NCBI RefSeq assembly: GCF_009914755.1
Contig: NC_060932.1
Reading direction: 5' to 3' (one strand)
From: the human T2T-CHM13v2.0 reference genome, Homo sapiens
Length of the DNA: 64,000 bases
Each line of letters opens with the position of its first letter. Position 1 is the stretch's first letter. This document shows, piece by piece, positions 29,955-44,017 of this stretch. The notes beneath the pieces are model-generated. The model searched no databases. It was not told the DNA's origin and saw nothing but the letters and a program-made list of their open reading frames with translations. Position numbers and translations under genes: made by a program.

Positions 29955-31079
29955 AATCTAATCTACCATCTACCTATATTTCAGGTCTCATATTACAAAT
30001 GGCACTGGTTTGCTGTCTCAATGTAATTTATATAGTAAAACTAGTTTCTCTTTTATTATATATGTCCTTATAAATATAATCTATATTAACTTTGGAAGTT
30101 AATATACATTCCCAAATCCTATCCATGTATGGGAAGACATTATTTCCTTGTCACTAAGGTCCCTTTGTTGTCCCACATGAGAGAGAGAGAGAGACGATAT
30201 AAATCAGTAAGTAAAACTCACTGACTTTATTTAAAGAATAGCCTCCTTTCTATGGTGTGTATTCAGAATAAAATGGGTTAGCTAGGAAGACTATGGAATT
30301 CCTTCCTATTCATGATTGTTTCTCATCTGCTTGGAATGATTTTTACTCAGCTGATGGTCTAAACTTCAGTTCCATTTTTAGGATCGTGCTTCATGGTGGA
30401 CATTCTTTATATTATCAGGTATCCTCTGTGTTATACATACTTTTGCTAATGTTTCTCTCTCTTAGGATAAAATAATATAGCATTTAAATTAAACCATGGC
30501 TTTTTTCTTATGAAAGTCTTTTTTTTTTTTTAGAAAATGTCTTCACCAGTGATTGCTAGGTGTCAAGGATATACTCAATAGTGAAACCAGTCAATGTCTT
30601 GCAAGTGATCTCTCATCAGGCTGTCTTCACTAGGTGACACAGCACAGTGATATATTACTGGAATATCAGCTACCATGGCAAGCATTCTAAAGGTGGTACA
30701 TAGACTGGCACATTTTAAAAAATCATGAACATTTTTTTTTTCAAATTTCAGGTTGATTTAGCAGGTGAAAAGATGCTTTTGATATAGAAGTTTTGAAGAC
30801 TTTTAGAGTCTTATCAGATCTGCTAGTATACAGGAGGAACAACTCAGCAATGAATCAAAAATATTTTTTTGCCAACACTCTAGTTTCAGTATTATTTTAA
30901 AAGTTTACTTTCCTCTGAGATTTAATCTGTAAACATATAGGCAATTTTTAAATTTCCCTGAACTTCCTCTTCTTCTGGAGCTTAATAATGCCCATATTAG
31001 TTTATTGTTTATCAATTGCTTCTAATTATGAAGAAACTTATACTATAGTAGTAAGAGTTCAAAGAAATAGAAAAAAATT

Positions 31080-31520
31080 CTCTTTACACAAGAATAAGCA
31101 TTAATATTTTGATGTATTACTTTCAACCTTTTGTATTTGAATATTTTTTACACAGTGGAAATCATAGTATATATAATTTTATATAATAATAGTACATATT
31201 ATTACTTTTTGACTTAATATGGCAACACGAGCATATGTTCTGGTATAGTTCTGTAAACATTATAATGGCTGCATAATTTCCCATGTTATGAACCAAACTG
31301 AATTTATATTAATGTTTACCTACTCTGGCCCTATATGTTGTTTCCAGTACTTTTAGAAACATAAATAGCTCTGCAATAAATATATTGTCATAAGGATTCT
31401 TTGTTTCTTTTAAATTATTTCTTTCGTATATATGATTAGAAGTATAAAAATAGTATCAATAATTATGAGTATTTGTACTCATAACGCTGCCAAATAGCTT
31501 TCATATTGCTCTAAGAGTCA
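31080..31520 (-). mobile_element. Very old L1ME-like fragment
   Basis: AATGGCTGCATAATTTCCCATG, GTTGTTTCCAG, CTGCAATAAATAT, TGCCAAATAGCTTT. Confidence 0.5.
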
Positions 31521-32414
31521 AAAGAAAACGTGGTTACTTTCAGTGCAATGAAAGCTCAATGTTATTAAGTGGATGTAATTCACCAAGATAATTTGATAAA
31601 GATTCTGGGTTCTATAATATTATTTTAGAGTCACCATAAAGGAGTTCTTTCTTGTTCCATATTATCAATTTCATTCAATTTATGAAACTCTAATAAAAGC
31701 ACAGAAAAGTAAATATTTGTATTAGAGATAAAGCACCCAATACAAATTCTACATCAACGTAATATAATTTTCACTATTGTAGCATTTCTCAATTAGTGTT
31801 TTTATAGCATTAGTTCCCGTGGCACCTATCTGCCCCAGTTCAAGCCAATCATCCATCTCTAACAACAAGGCAGAGTGAGGGAGAAGAAGAATATAACCTG
31901 TCCTCTGAGCAGAGAAAAATTACAGCTCCTGGTAAGAGGTGAGGCTAGCAAGGGATTATTTATCATTTGATTACATGGATCATAATAGTAAAGCTAAAGC
32001 TATTGAAATCATTTTCTATTTCACATGTACTCATTATATCCTCCCCTACAGTTAGCCTACTGACTAATGTCATGCATTATCTGATGACAGCCCAAAATTT
32101 CCTAAAGAAAATTCTCCAAAGTATCATAATCAACACAAGTTCTTTGAATAGGTATAATAAACAGTAGTTAGAAGGGCCACAATTGTTTTCTAATTTTTTA
32201 AAATAGTCTTATTACTTCACTTTTACTTGTTTTGATGTGCTCAAACTTAAAATCACTATTTGATTAGACATAAAAATTTTAATGCATTAGTATTAGTATA
32301 TATTATCTACAGAAGAGTTTGATTAGATTGTAGATCATGTTCTTAACATTTATAAACCATTCTATATAACGGCAATACTTTCTACAGCTATTATCCTTTT
32401 TTCCCCCCAATATG

Positions 32415-32560
32415 TATATTATTTTACTATCATTTTACGTTTAGAAAAAGAGATGCTCAAGGTGGTGGTATACTTTGTTCAAGGTCATTCATTTAGAATT
32501 AGTAGCTCTGGTTTGGTAAACTCAGTTCTTACTGATTTCGGTCTGTGGTCTTTTCAATTG
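32415..32560 (-). mobile_element. MIR fragment
   Basis: CATTTTACG...GCTCAAGG...ACTTTGTTCAAGGTCA. Confidence 0.5.
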
Positions 32561-35129
32561 ACTAAATTGGCAACTGACTCCTGGCTCTCCACTGAAAATG
32601 TGAATAAGTTGACATTTTGAGAAATACTGGGTACTGAATAGGTATGGGTAGAGGAGGAGTTGGCAAAAATGAATGAGGGAACCACAAATCTATGAAAAAC
32701 ATCAGAGATGAATGTGAAGCCTTTGTATGACATTATATTTACTGTTGACAGTCAGAATCTTTTCAGTTCAATATGGTGTCCTTCAGTTCTAATTGCCTGG
32801 CGCCTGTTAATTTTTTTCCTAAAATTTTGAGTCTTTAAAAAGAGATATCCCTGTGGTATTTAGGAACCTGGAGAAAGGAGATGTAGAAGTCCAACTGTTG
32901 ATTTAATGAGGAGGACAAAACACTTCTTGTTCTGCTATTTTTTCTAAAGTTATCTTTTCTCTACCAGTACAGAAATGAATTTTAAAGACTCAAAAGGCAA
33001 GGTGGCACACAGTATCTACCATTACACTATGATCTGAACAATAGCATTATCTCCCCTGGGTCCCTCAATTTTGATTGCTAGTCATGTAGTTATATATATA
33101 TACACACGAAACAGAAATTCAGCTATTCGCTTAGATGTTGTTGTATTGGCTGCTGTCTTCCTGATGCTAATTGCCATCTTTGTCAACAACTTCATTGGCA
33201 AACCCAGAACTCATCAAGCACGCAGATTGAACCCATCTCCTGGGCAGCATCTACACTGCCAATTATGAATCAGTACTTATGAATATAAGGAGCAACTGTC
33301 TCTGGAGCTGTCAGTCCGTGAACTTTCATGAACATTCACATTTATTCAGTTAAAAAGAAAAAAAAGAGAAGCAAAAGAAAAAAATTTGAAAAGGTCAATC
33401 AACTTGCTAGTTTATTCACAGATACTGAAGACATATGCTCAACATGCCATTTCTTTATTGTAATCATGCAAGTTCAGAAAAAAAAAACCAGCAGGCAAAC
33501 TAAATATCCCATGTTACTTAGGTCATGGTTTCAGATGAAAGTGTTAGTATTTTTTGCAAACAAAAGTATCCCTTCTTATTGATGCCAGTGCTGCTTAGCA
33601 TTCTGTTACTCTTTGCTACCTTACTTGGGGGATTGATTACTGCTGCTGGGCACCTACACATCATTTTATTTCAGAGCCGTAACTCAGTCATGTTAATTAC
33701 TCAAGAATCAGATGTGATGGTTTTAACGAGCTAATAATTTAATGAAAACTCAGTATTTCATGGCTCTATGGAATTGCTCTTGTTCACCCAGTGATGCGAT
33801 ATGCAGTGTTGTAAAGTTGTGCTAACACCACAGTGCATTAATAGATCTTTAAAAATAAGGTTTTATGAGTTTTTTTTGGTTTTGTTTCATAACAGTCTCC
33901 TGTTGATTGCCTAAAAGTTCCTGAGAGCACTGAACTTTGGACTACTTTAAAAATTTGCACCATGTTTTCTTGGCTGCTGGTTCCTAGCCCTCCGTAGATT
34001 AGTAGAGAAATTGTTTTACTTTTACTTTTCTTTCAGCATTAATCACAAAAGAGGGATGCCTTCAGGGAAAAGAAAGCATAACTATTCAAATTAAAGTAGT
34101 TTATTAAATCACTGTAAAATTTACTTTTATAATAGAAATACCTAAAGGATAAAGCTACGTATAACAAAGAATATAGTATTTTCTCTTTACGTAAGTCTTA
34201 GTTGAAAAATTTGTTATGTAAGAATAATTTTTTTACTTTCCTCCTGTTTTAGGTAGCATTTAAAAATCTTTAAAACATGTCACATCACTTTATTTTACGT
34301 GTGCTGTGGCGATCATTGCTGGAATATAAATGATGCAAATTCCTTTTTTCATTTGAGAACGATTCCATGGATTTCTGAATCATTAGCCAGATATTTAATC
34401 ATGATATTTTCTCAGATATTTTAACCTTTTCTGGTAAAACTCAAAGTTGGCTGCCATTTTAGAATTCACAACAGTAAATCAAGTTGGCAATGGCTGTACC
34501 TTTCCATATTCAAACACTTTATGCTTGGCACTATCCACATACTTTTGGGATCCTTACAGAGTGGAGGTTCCTTCAACTGCAAATTAATGCATTCAGCAGA
34601 AAACCACTTCTAGACCACACTCACATTTTGATATTTAGAACCTATACTGAAAGCCAAAATAAACATTTGCACTGTAGGGACATGGAAACAGACACAAGGA
34701 ATTGACTTTTTCATAATAGAAATCTTGTCTGTTCTTATTCTAGGGAATATGGATGTGATAAATTTAGGCAATTAAAAAAATCTAAATAAACTAGATCATT
34801 TTGGAAATCCTGTATGCTGTGAAGACAGTGCAGAATTGTGTGATAAAAAGCTGCTGGTGGGGACGGTGGTGGCAGTGGGCAACCATGCTAGGTAGGAGAG
34901 TCAGCGAAGACCTGAGACACGATGGCTGAGATTTTAACAACCTGATTGAACTATAAACATTAATGACTAAAATGAGCTATTTTAAAATTAGAATGGGATA
35001 TATATATATATATATCATATATATATGTTTTGAGCAAATTGAAACGGTGGCGGGTGATCAGAGGCAAGAGCTTTCCATTGACTTTTGAAGCTATAGTGTC
35101 TTATTTTCTCACATATGTGAATAATGGCT

Positions 35130-35755
<626 letters not shown>

Positions 35756-35759
35756 ACAT

Positions 35760-36427
35760 GCCTTATTTCAAGAAATGCCTATTTGGGTCTTTTGCCCATT
35801 TCTTAAATTGAGTTACTTGTTTTCTTGCTATTGAATTGTTTGCATTCCTTATATATTTTGGATATTAATCTCTTATCAGTTATATGGTTTACACACATTT
35901 TCTCCCATAGATTTTCTCTTCACTCAGCTGATTGTTTCCTTTGCACAGAAGCTCTTAGTTTGATGCAATCCCATTTGTCTATTTTTGCTTTTGTTGCCTT
36001 TAGGGTCATATTCATTGCCCAGACTGAAGGCAAAAAATTTTTCCCCATGTTTTCTTTTAGTAGTATTACAGTTTTGGGTCTTATGTTTAAATCTATAATC
36101 AATTTGAATAAATTTTTCTATGTGGTATGAGATAATGGTCCAGTTTTATTCCTCTGCATGTGAATATCTAGTTTTGCCAACACCATTTATTGAAAAGACT
36201 GTCCTTTTCTCATTGTGTGTTCTTGGTTTCTTTGTAAGAGAGGAATGGATCATAAATGCATGAATTTATTTCTTGGTTCTCTATTCTGTATTCCACTGGT
36301 CTACATGTCTGTGTTTATGCCACGACTATGCTGTTTTGATTACTATAGCTTTATAGTACATTTTTAAAATCAAGTAGTGTGATGCCTCAAGCTTTGCTCA
36401 ATATCACTAATCACCAGGGAAATGCAA
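35760..36427. mobile_element. Old L1 (L1MA/PB) ORF2 fragment with inversion junction
   Basis: 35760-36396 antisense ORF2 ([15 protein letters not shown]); 36395-36427 sense TGCTCAATATCACTAATCACCAGGGAAATGCAA. Confidence 0.85.
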
Positions 36428-36489
36428 GTTTTGCATCAGGAAATGTAAAGTTTTGGTGGGGCACAATTTATTCCATAACAGACAATGAT

Positions 36490-36960
36490 CACCTTACCTG
36501 CCCAGTGAGAGGGGCTTTGTTTGCAGTCTCCTGTCCATCCTGAAATCTTTCTCATGAACATCCCATGGAAACCTGTGAAAATGAGCTTATGAATATAAAA
36601 TTGCCTTGTGTTTGGGTCTTTCCGCTATTCCAGATGGACACACTAGTACACACTGAACCTTTAGTGATTTGTTAAAATTTTACTGATTTTTTTTCTTACC
36701 CACGTTTGCAGGGATTACTTCTTTTCCTCATGAAATGCCACAGTGGAGGGACTTCATATGCTTCATTTTTCTTTTAAGTCTTGTCCCCTCTGAAATTCAG
36801 ACTGTTAGGTTGCCTTGCGATCTCAGCTCTCTGATGAGCTCGTAAACACTTAAGATTTTGTATTTTATCCTGTATTTTCTCATTGATTGGATTAATTTTC
36901 TTTGCAGGTTTTTACATAGTGATTGGAAGTAAAAACTGCAGTTCTTTGTGTGTAAAGTTA
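36490..36960 (-). mobile_element. Ancient L1M 5'-region fragment
   Basis: TGCGATCTCAGCTCTCTGATGAG motif recalled from old L1M 5' ends. Confidence 0.4.
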
Positions 36961-37289
36961 AGCATTTGTCTGTCTTCATCTGTTAGACTCTGTTTCCAGT
37001 ATTTCAACAAAATCTCATCTGCTTATAAACAAAGATTCATAACACAGATGGTTTCTAGGAATGCTTCTGTTTCTGCTCATGCTCTTAGCAATTCAAGGAT
37101 GGAGATTCCTATCTCTAGAGTTGCTGGGCATCCTGCTCATTCCATTCTAAACCTGGCTCTATTGAACAAGGAAAATGAAGTGTCTGAGTGGACATAGAGG
37201 GAATGGTGGAAGAAATAAAGTGTGGGAAGTAAGAGAAAGAACATGACTTTGTCCCCATTGAAGGCAGCCATTGTGCTGTATGCAGTAGT

Positions 37290-37560
37290 TGCTGAGTCCT
37301 TCATACTGTGGCTCTTACATAGGTCTCCAGCCTCATTTTCTGCCATTCCTGTTTATAAATGCTGTATTGTAGCCATATTGAATTACTCACCATTTCGCAA
37401 ACATACTTCAAATTATTTGCAAATACGGACTTGTCCTTCTGGAATGCCTTTCTATCTGTGCCCTCCAATTCCCTACTTGGCAAATTCCTACTCGGATTTC
37501 AAAAGCTACCTTTTCTTTGTAGTGTTTCTTGAATCTCATGCAGACGTAGTTGCTCCCTCT
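37290..37560 (+). mobile_element. L2 fragment
   Basis: TCTCCAGCCTCATTTTCTGCCATTCC, CTGGAATGCCTTTC, TGGCAAATTCCTACTC. Confidence 0.6.
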
Positions 37561-38540
37561 TACGTTCAGAGATAGTTGTTCTCTGTGATTTCCTAGAAGT
37601 CCAATTACATCTTGTTGCACCTGGTGCATTATGCCACATGAAACAGATCATCATCTGCCCAAAATCTTGTGAAGATGTGAGAATGTGAAGCCTGCCAAAG
37701 CAAGGCTGATGATCAGCACAGACCCAGATATACTGCAGCAACTCCTAACTTGTTAGTAACCAAATAATGTCTCCTTGAATTGCTTAAAATGCTTGAAGCA
37801 TGTTTTCTTCTTGAATTACTTAAAGTCTATCCTTTGGTTATGTCCCACTTACAAGGATCAGGACTACGAAGCATAAATCCACTTTGGGGGCAGAAAAATC
37901 TGAGAGCCATTGGTTATTGTGTAAAAATACACAAGATCCCCAGGGTTTATCCAAGAGTCCTCAGCTAATCTTAACTTCAAAGGATGGAGTTTGGAGTTAA
38001 GGGCAGTAAGAAAGGACAAACTAGTGGATATCTAGCAAATTCCTTTTATTTAAGCTACAGACGCTAGCCTTAGGACCTGTGTGTATGTAACTCCAGACTT
38101 TGAGTGACACAGGACCTCCTGCCTCTTCCTGTGCTCTTTAGCAAGCTTTTTTTGTTTGTTTGTTTGTTTGTTTACCATGATTTATTTGAAGTTCAATGTC
38201 ACTAATTCTGTGGTAAATGAACTCTGTGACCACTTTATCCACAACACTTTGAAAGAAGCTATTTGGCTGGTGGAAATATTATACATAGTACTTTCTAGTC
38301 ATTCATATGTGGCTAGAAAACCTCTAGTCTACCATAAGGTTTCTATTTTCCAAACCAGCCACTCAATTCATCTTTGTCACAAGGAAATGAAAACAGGGTT
38401 TGTGCTGGCTTTTGCGTTACGTTGTTTCAAACAATAGATCTGCAAGTGGCTGTGACTGAAGAACTGCAGTACCAAGATGGAGCTGGCTGTTATAAAGTAC
38501 TGCTGTGCTGTTCATTTTCCCAGATCATGTTTGAGAGTCT

Positions 38541-38733
38541 TTTTGTTATTTATTATTTAAAAAAATTTTTAAAATTGACCTATTTAGAGATGGGATCTTA
38601 CTCCATCGGCCAGGCTGAAGTGCACTGGTGTGATCATAGCTCACTGCATCCTTGAACTCCTGGGCTTAAGTAATCGTCTTTCCTCAGCCTTTCAAGTAGC
38701 TTATACTATAAGCTTGTATCACCATGCTCAGCT
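38541..38733 (-). mobile_element. Free Alu monomer (FRAM/FAM-like)
   Basis: Single arm with GATCATAGCTCACTGCATCCTTGAACTCCTGGGCTTAAG; TSD CATGTTTGAG at 38526 and 38734 shows it inserted as a monomer. Confidence 0.88.
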
Positions 38734-39805
38734 CATGTTTGAGGTTTTATGATTTACTGGGAGTAAATATTCTTTCTATTAACAATAAGAGTGATTACTG
38801 TATCTTGAAGAAAACTGATTAGATATTAAGTTTAGTTTTCTTACTCTGGAAATTAAAAGTACTTATTCCTATGGATTAAAAATATTCAACTTTAAAGTTC
38901 TATTGCACTTGATTGCAACATGTATTACACGTCTATGAACAGCATGTGCTGGGTCCAATACAACGGGAAGAAAAAAACACTTAGTAAATGTTACCACCAA
39001 TTTTACATTTTCTGCTTCCTTTTATTTAGTTATTCACCTATGTGAAATTGTGAGTCAACTGCAGAAAGCAGTGTCGCTGCCTTAATCTTCTATTTTAGAT
39101 GGGGAAACTGTTTGACTATATAGTCACAGAAACAATTGCCCTTAAATAGTTCTGTAAAATTTCAGCTATTATTTATGAGCTTCCTGTATCAAATAAAAAC
39201 TGGATAGACAGGAAATATGTGAAATCCTCAGAGAGATAATGAAGAATGATGTGATCACCTCAAATTGCTTGGAAAAGGAAATAGCAAAATAACTAACTAA
39301 CTGCATTCAGTAATACAGTGGCTTCTGGAAGATTTAGAATTGAAAAGATGTGATGAGGATAAGCTGTATATTCCAAAGAAAGTGACCTGACCATTTTTGG
39401 TCCACATGCTCTTTATTTCTACCTCCTCATAAACAGCCCCATCAGGCATGAAGAACAAACTAGAGATGAAGGATGCTTTATCTTTAGCAGTGATTCGTTC
39501 ACTTCCTCATTCTTTCTTTTCACCTGTAGGATAATGAGAGTTAGAGACCAAAATTGTTTTGGATGATAGAAAGTGATGCGCGAGCGAGTGTGTGTGTGTG
39601 TGCGCCTGTGTGCTCACTAATGAAGGAGTGTTTCTTAAACTAGGCCCGTTTACTTCAGCTTGGCCGGAATTTATTATGAAACGCATGTAAATACTTTCAC
39701 TGAGTGGTTCATGAGTTTCTTTCTCTTCCACATCCTGTGTGCCTCCTGGTTCATAAATATTGACATAGTCCTCACACAACTTCTAAAGTGTGTCTATTTA
39801 ACACT

Positions 39806-40456
39806 TGTAAACCAAAAAGTGTCTGAGGCAGGTCTCCATCGATTTAGAAGAAGGAAGAAAGATGGGGTGGAGAGGGTAGGCAATGAGGCAAGTGTTTGTA
39901 TTGTTGGGAGGCTTTGATTAATGCTGAGTGAATCTGCATTTTATGTGTGAAAAGAGGGGTAGAAGAAAAGTCAGTTACGCCTTTGTCTTGTGCTCATAAA
40001 TCTACATGTTACAAAAGATAAAGTAAACGTAAAAAGACTGAGTAGAGGAAGAAGTAAATTATGCATTTGTCTTGGGGCGGGCAGAGGCTGATTCCTAGTC
40101 ATGTCCTTGTTCCATACCTGTGAAGATAAGCTGGTAACTTACAATGTCAGGGTGACATTCAACAGAACTCTGTTTTAGGGCTAGTTATAGAGAAGATGTG
40201 TATTCTGAAAGATTCGGAGGCCCACATGGAATTTACTTGTGAGCAATTTGTGAGCCAGGCTATCTGAGGAGATATGTGACCTTTTATCATTGCTGTAAAC
40301 TACTTAAGTATGAGGCTATGACATAGCGTAGTGAAATTGCAGCTATCTGCTTGGGAACAAAAGGCAGGCAGATTTTTGCGGGACTCACTTCCCAAGCTTA
40401 ACTTTCCCTTTGGCATAGTGGGTTTGGGATCCTGAGGCTCTATTTTCTTAAGCACA
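39806..40456 (-). mobile_element. MER4-group ERV1 solo LTR (MER4/MER83-like)
   Basis: TGTAAACCAAAAAGTGTCTGAGGCAGGTCTC ... CCCAAGCTTAACTTTCCCTTTGGCATAGTG...CACA. Confidence 0.85.
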
Positions 40457-41139
40457 ATGGATGAAAGGCTTCAGTGACACCCAGAGAAGATATGCCCTGT
40501 TGTCCTGCCTATTCACCATGGCTTCTCGTAAGCTCACCCCTGTGACAAAATGCTTTTTCCTTGCTCTTCTCCACAGCACCCAATTGTCTTTTGCTGTTTG
40601 TGTTACTGTTACTATACTTCATGCTTTCTGCCACTATCCAAATTCCCAAAGTCCCTGTACCACCACCACTCTCCTACAAAAGCTTATCTAGCATGAGTTA
40701 TCTCTTGTTCTGCTCCAGTCAACTGCTTATTTGTTTTTCAGAATGGAGAAATGTGACTTTTTAGAACATGCTCCAGGAAGCCTCTGGAATTCACACAGCC
40801 CTGCCTTTTAGCTACAAGGGAGTCCATTTATACTATCGTGGCTCCAAAGCTACCAAGTTCTGTTTTTTACCTCACTTTCCAGAAGGGAGTAAATTTGGTC
40901 CCTAAATCCTTGCTTGGAAGTGTATTTCCTCTTCCCTCCTGCAGTCCCTACACTGTTTGTCTTTAAGAAGCTTTTAAATATATGCATAACTTCTGAGGAT
41001 GTAACAACCCAAACAAACATGCTAGGCATGCTGTCCCAAAGGAAAAAGTGGGAACCAGGCACACTGGGACAACACAGGCTGCTTGTCTTCCCAGGAAACC
41101 TGTTAAGAAAGACCTTATTCTGTCTGCATTACTTTTTCT

Positions 41140-41262
41140 TGCCAATAAAATGGGACTAAAAACATGCTCATAAATTAGTTATGGCAGATAAATATGAAAA
41201 TACATGCAGAACCATTAATATGGTACCTGGCACATGGTAGTATTTCGTCAATGTTTAATTTT
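41140..41262 (+). mobile_element. MIR 3' half
   Basis: TAAAATGGGACTAA...TACCTGGCACATGGTAG. Confidence 0.6.
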
Positions 41263-42329
41263 TTTATTTTCTTGTCTCTCCTCTCCACCTCCTGTAGCCC
41301 ACCTGAATTGAGCTCAAAATAGAACATGTACAAGTAATTTTAACATAGCTGACAGAAGGAAGCCTTCATGTCTGATAAAAGACTATGGAACCACACTTGT
41401 GTCACCTTTTTCTAAATATATTCTGGTAATTATTGCTATGACATCTGCCCCAAGTAGGTTAATTGCTCTGATTTTTGAAAAGAAAAAAATGTACATACAT
41501 TTAAAAAAATTATATACGAGCAATTATTGCAAAGAGATTCATTTAAAGCACTTCTGAACAGTGTCTAGAAAACTAGAGATTGGCTTAGTTTTGCCTTTCT
41601 TTTTGGATGTATATGAGAACTGACTGGAAACCTTTGCTATAACCAAAGTTTAATTCTCTCATGATATTAATATTTTTATTTTCTCTACTATTTATTGAGA
41701 AAAATCTGGTGTAAGTTAGAAAACTAGTTGCGATCGGGAAGTACTTCAGTTGGGGATGTTATAAATTGTCAAAAATGAACTTCCTAATGTGATTACAAGC
41801 TACCCCTCTTTGGCCCTATTACATCTGATAATTGAACTGTCACCTCTGTGTTTTATTTATTATAATAATGGGTGCAGTTGGGAAACCTAAGCAAAATGTG
41901 GAAAATAAGGTTTGGGCTTGTTAGGAAGGCAGTTGTGATATGCCTTGGATTTGAGTATTTGGGAGATGTCAGTCAAAATCTGAGATCTGTTTAAGCAGAC
42001 AGCTGAATTTTGACAGGAATGATAACCCATTTACCAACTCTGCAGTAAAGAAACCAATTCTTTACTTCTAGATACTTTTAAAAAATACATTCAAAACTTG
42101 TTTTCTCCTTTCTCTTCTTCCTCCCCCTCCTCCTCTTCATTTGTCCTTTTTGCTCTAGAAGTATATGAGGAAGGCTACTTAGTAAAGGCCTACACATCTT
42201 TGCTTTCATCCTCAGTTGGAGAATCTAAATTTTATTTGGGGATGTAACGTACCCATCTAAAGTATTTCATTTTCTAGTAGTTCTGATTAACAAGGTGTTA
42301 ACAAATGCATTGTGTGGACTTTCTGGGAA

Positions 42330-42575
42330 TAATGGTAAAGAGAAGCTGACTCAACTGCTTCCTGGATGGTGAACAAAATGACAGAACTTTTGGCAGCTGA
42401 CTTGGACTATGAGTTTACCCTGATGACAGAAGCCACAGGCTCAGAGGTAGAACAGAGATAAGGAAAGAGCATGAGTCTGAGGATCCTGGAACTTCCACCG
42501 TCTTGACTGCATCCTCCAGATTCACTTTGCCCATGAGAAAAATAAAACTCTATTTTGTTTAAGCCTTGTTTATCC
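42330..42575 (+). mobile_element. Old MLT1 LTR fragment
   Basis: CATGAGAAAAATAAAACTCTATTTTGTTTAAGCC. Confidence 0.5.
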
Positions 42576-44017
42576 ATTTATTTTTCTTTTTCTATAATAT
42601 GGATTGCACCAAATTCCAAAAGATACAAGCAGCTTTTGTGTTATTTCATGGAATATTGTACTTTAGTTTTGTTGGGGGTTTTCATCCTCAAACCAACCAA
42701 CCAACCCAAAAACCCACCACTAAGCATACATATAAACAACAAAAAAACAAAATAAGAACTGTGGAGGTCAATTAAGTTTGTTAATCCACTCAATCTAATG
42801 CACACATGGCCAATGTGAACACCCAGAGTCTACAGGAGCACATTAAAACTACAGCAATGACAAAACTAGTTCTCCTTCTAGCAAAGGGTGGTTTATGGTT
42901 GTTGCAATCTGTGAGAGTGTGATTCTTTACACTAAACAGGCATGTCTGAATCTGGCTGAACTAAGTGACTCAAAAACAGTAAGAAGAAAGAATACAAAAT
43001 GCATGTGCAAAAGTTTTTATATAAAGTCAATTTTTGATAGTTTTGTTTCATGAATAGGATAAGTGATGAAAGTATCCTTTTTTATGAAGGTCGACTGTGG
43101 AAATGTAGATCCACTGAATGGGTTTGAAAATTTTTGTATTTTACATTTTAAAATATAACTATGAAACACTTTTGTGTATTTTCATCTTGTAGAATTTAAT
43201 CCTTTTTCAGATAAAAAATGTTTTCACATGTGAAATTATTTTAACATTCCTATAAATGATATGACAATCATGAAGATAGATATTTGAAACTACAGAGAAC
43301 AGTTAAATTCAGTCTAACTGAATATAAAACTCAGTATGCATAAATCTAAATTTACACAAAGGAGGAAGGGATTGTTTACTTCAGCTAGGATTTTCTTAGT
43401 TTACCTGTTTTCCCTATAGTTTTGCTCCAAGAAGTAGCCTAACGGTCAATTCAAAATATATTTTAATTGATACAACATATGTTTTAGACATATTTTGTAA
43501 ACATAAAGCAAGGTATACCAAAGTCCACATATGAACTGTCAACTGTAAAAGACCTTGGCTTATATTAAGTGCTTGGCATGGATGCAAGGCTATGGAAACT
43601 GGCTGTGCAGAGATAAATAGACACAACTTTCTTTAATACTATGTAGGACTGATGGTGAGAGTTGCAGCTGCCAGTGATATACCAAATACATTTGCTGTGG
43701 CCAACAGCACAAAACAAAGCTGCTTGATCTGCTGTTGTTTATTATCTTCTTTTTGGTAGTATTCTCGGGTTGCCTTCAAATGTTGAGTTTAGGTCACAAG
43801 ACTCTGGTCCCTTACGTTGTAATAGCTGAAGTGAAGTACCAACTGATCTCTGTTTCTGCAGCCACAGTCAGAATGATGGACAGCAATTTCTAGATCACAT
43901 TGCTACAGAGCACCTAGCATGAACGTGGCTGGTTTTGCTGAATGTTGCCTAGATAATACCTTCTTGACCTGCTCTCAGCCTCTGCACTAAAAGTTGTGAA
44001 GAGCAGATACAGCTGAT

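Noticed and set aside
30519-30760. Polypyrimidine-AG acceptor-like sites (also near 19779, 34036, 40741, 63897)
   Set aside because: No convincing paired donor or coding frame; such motifs are common in T-rich DNA
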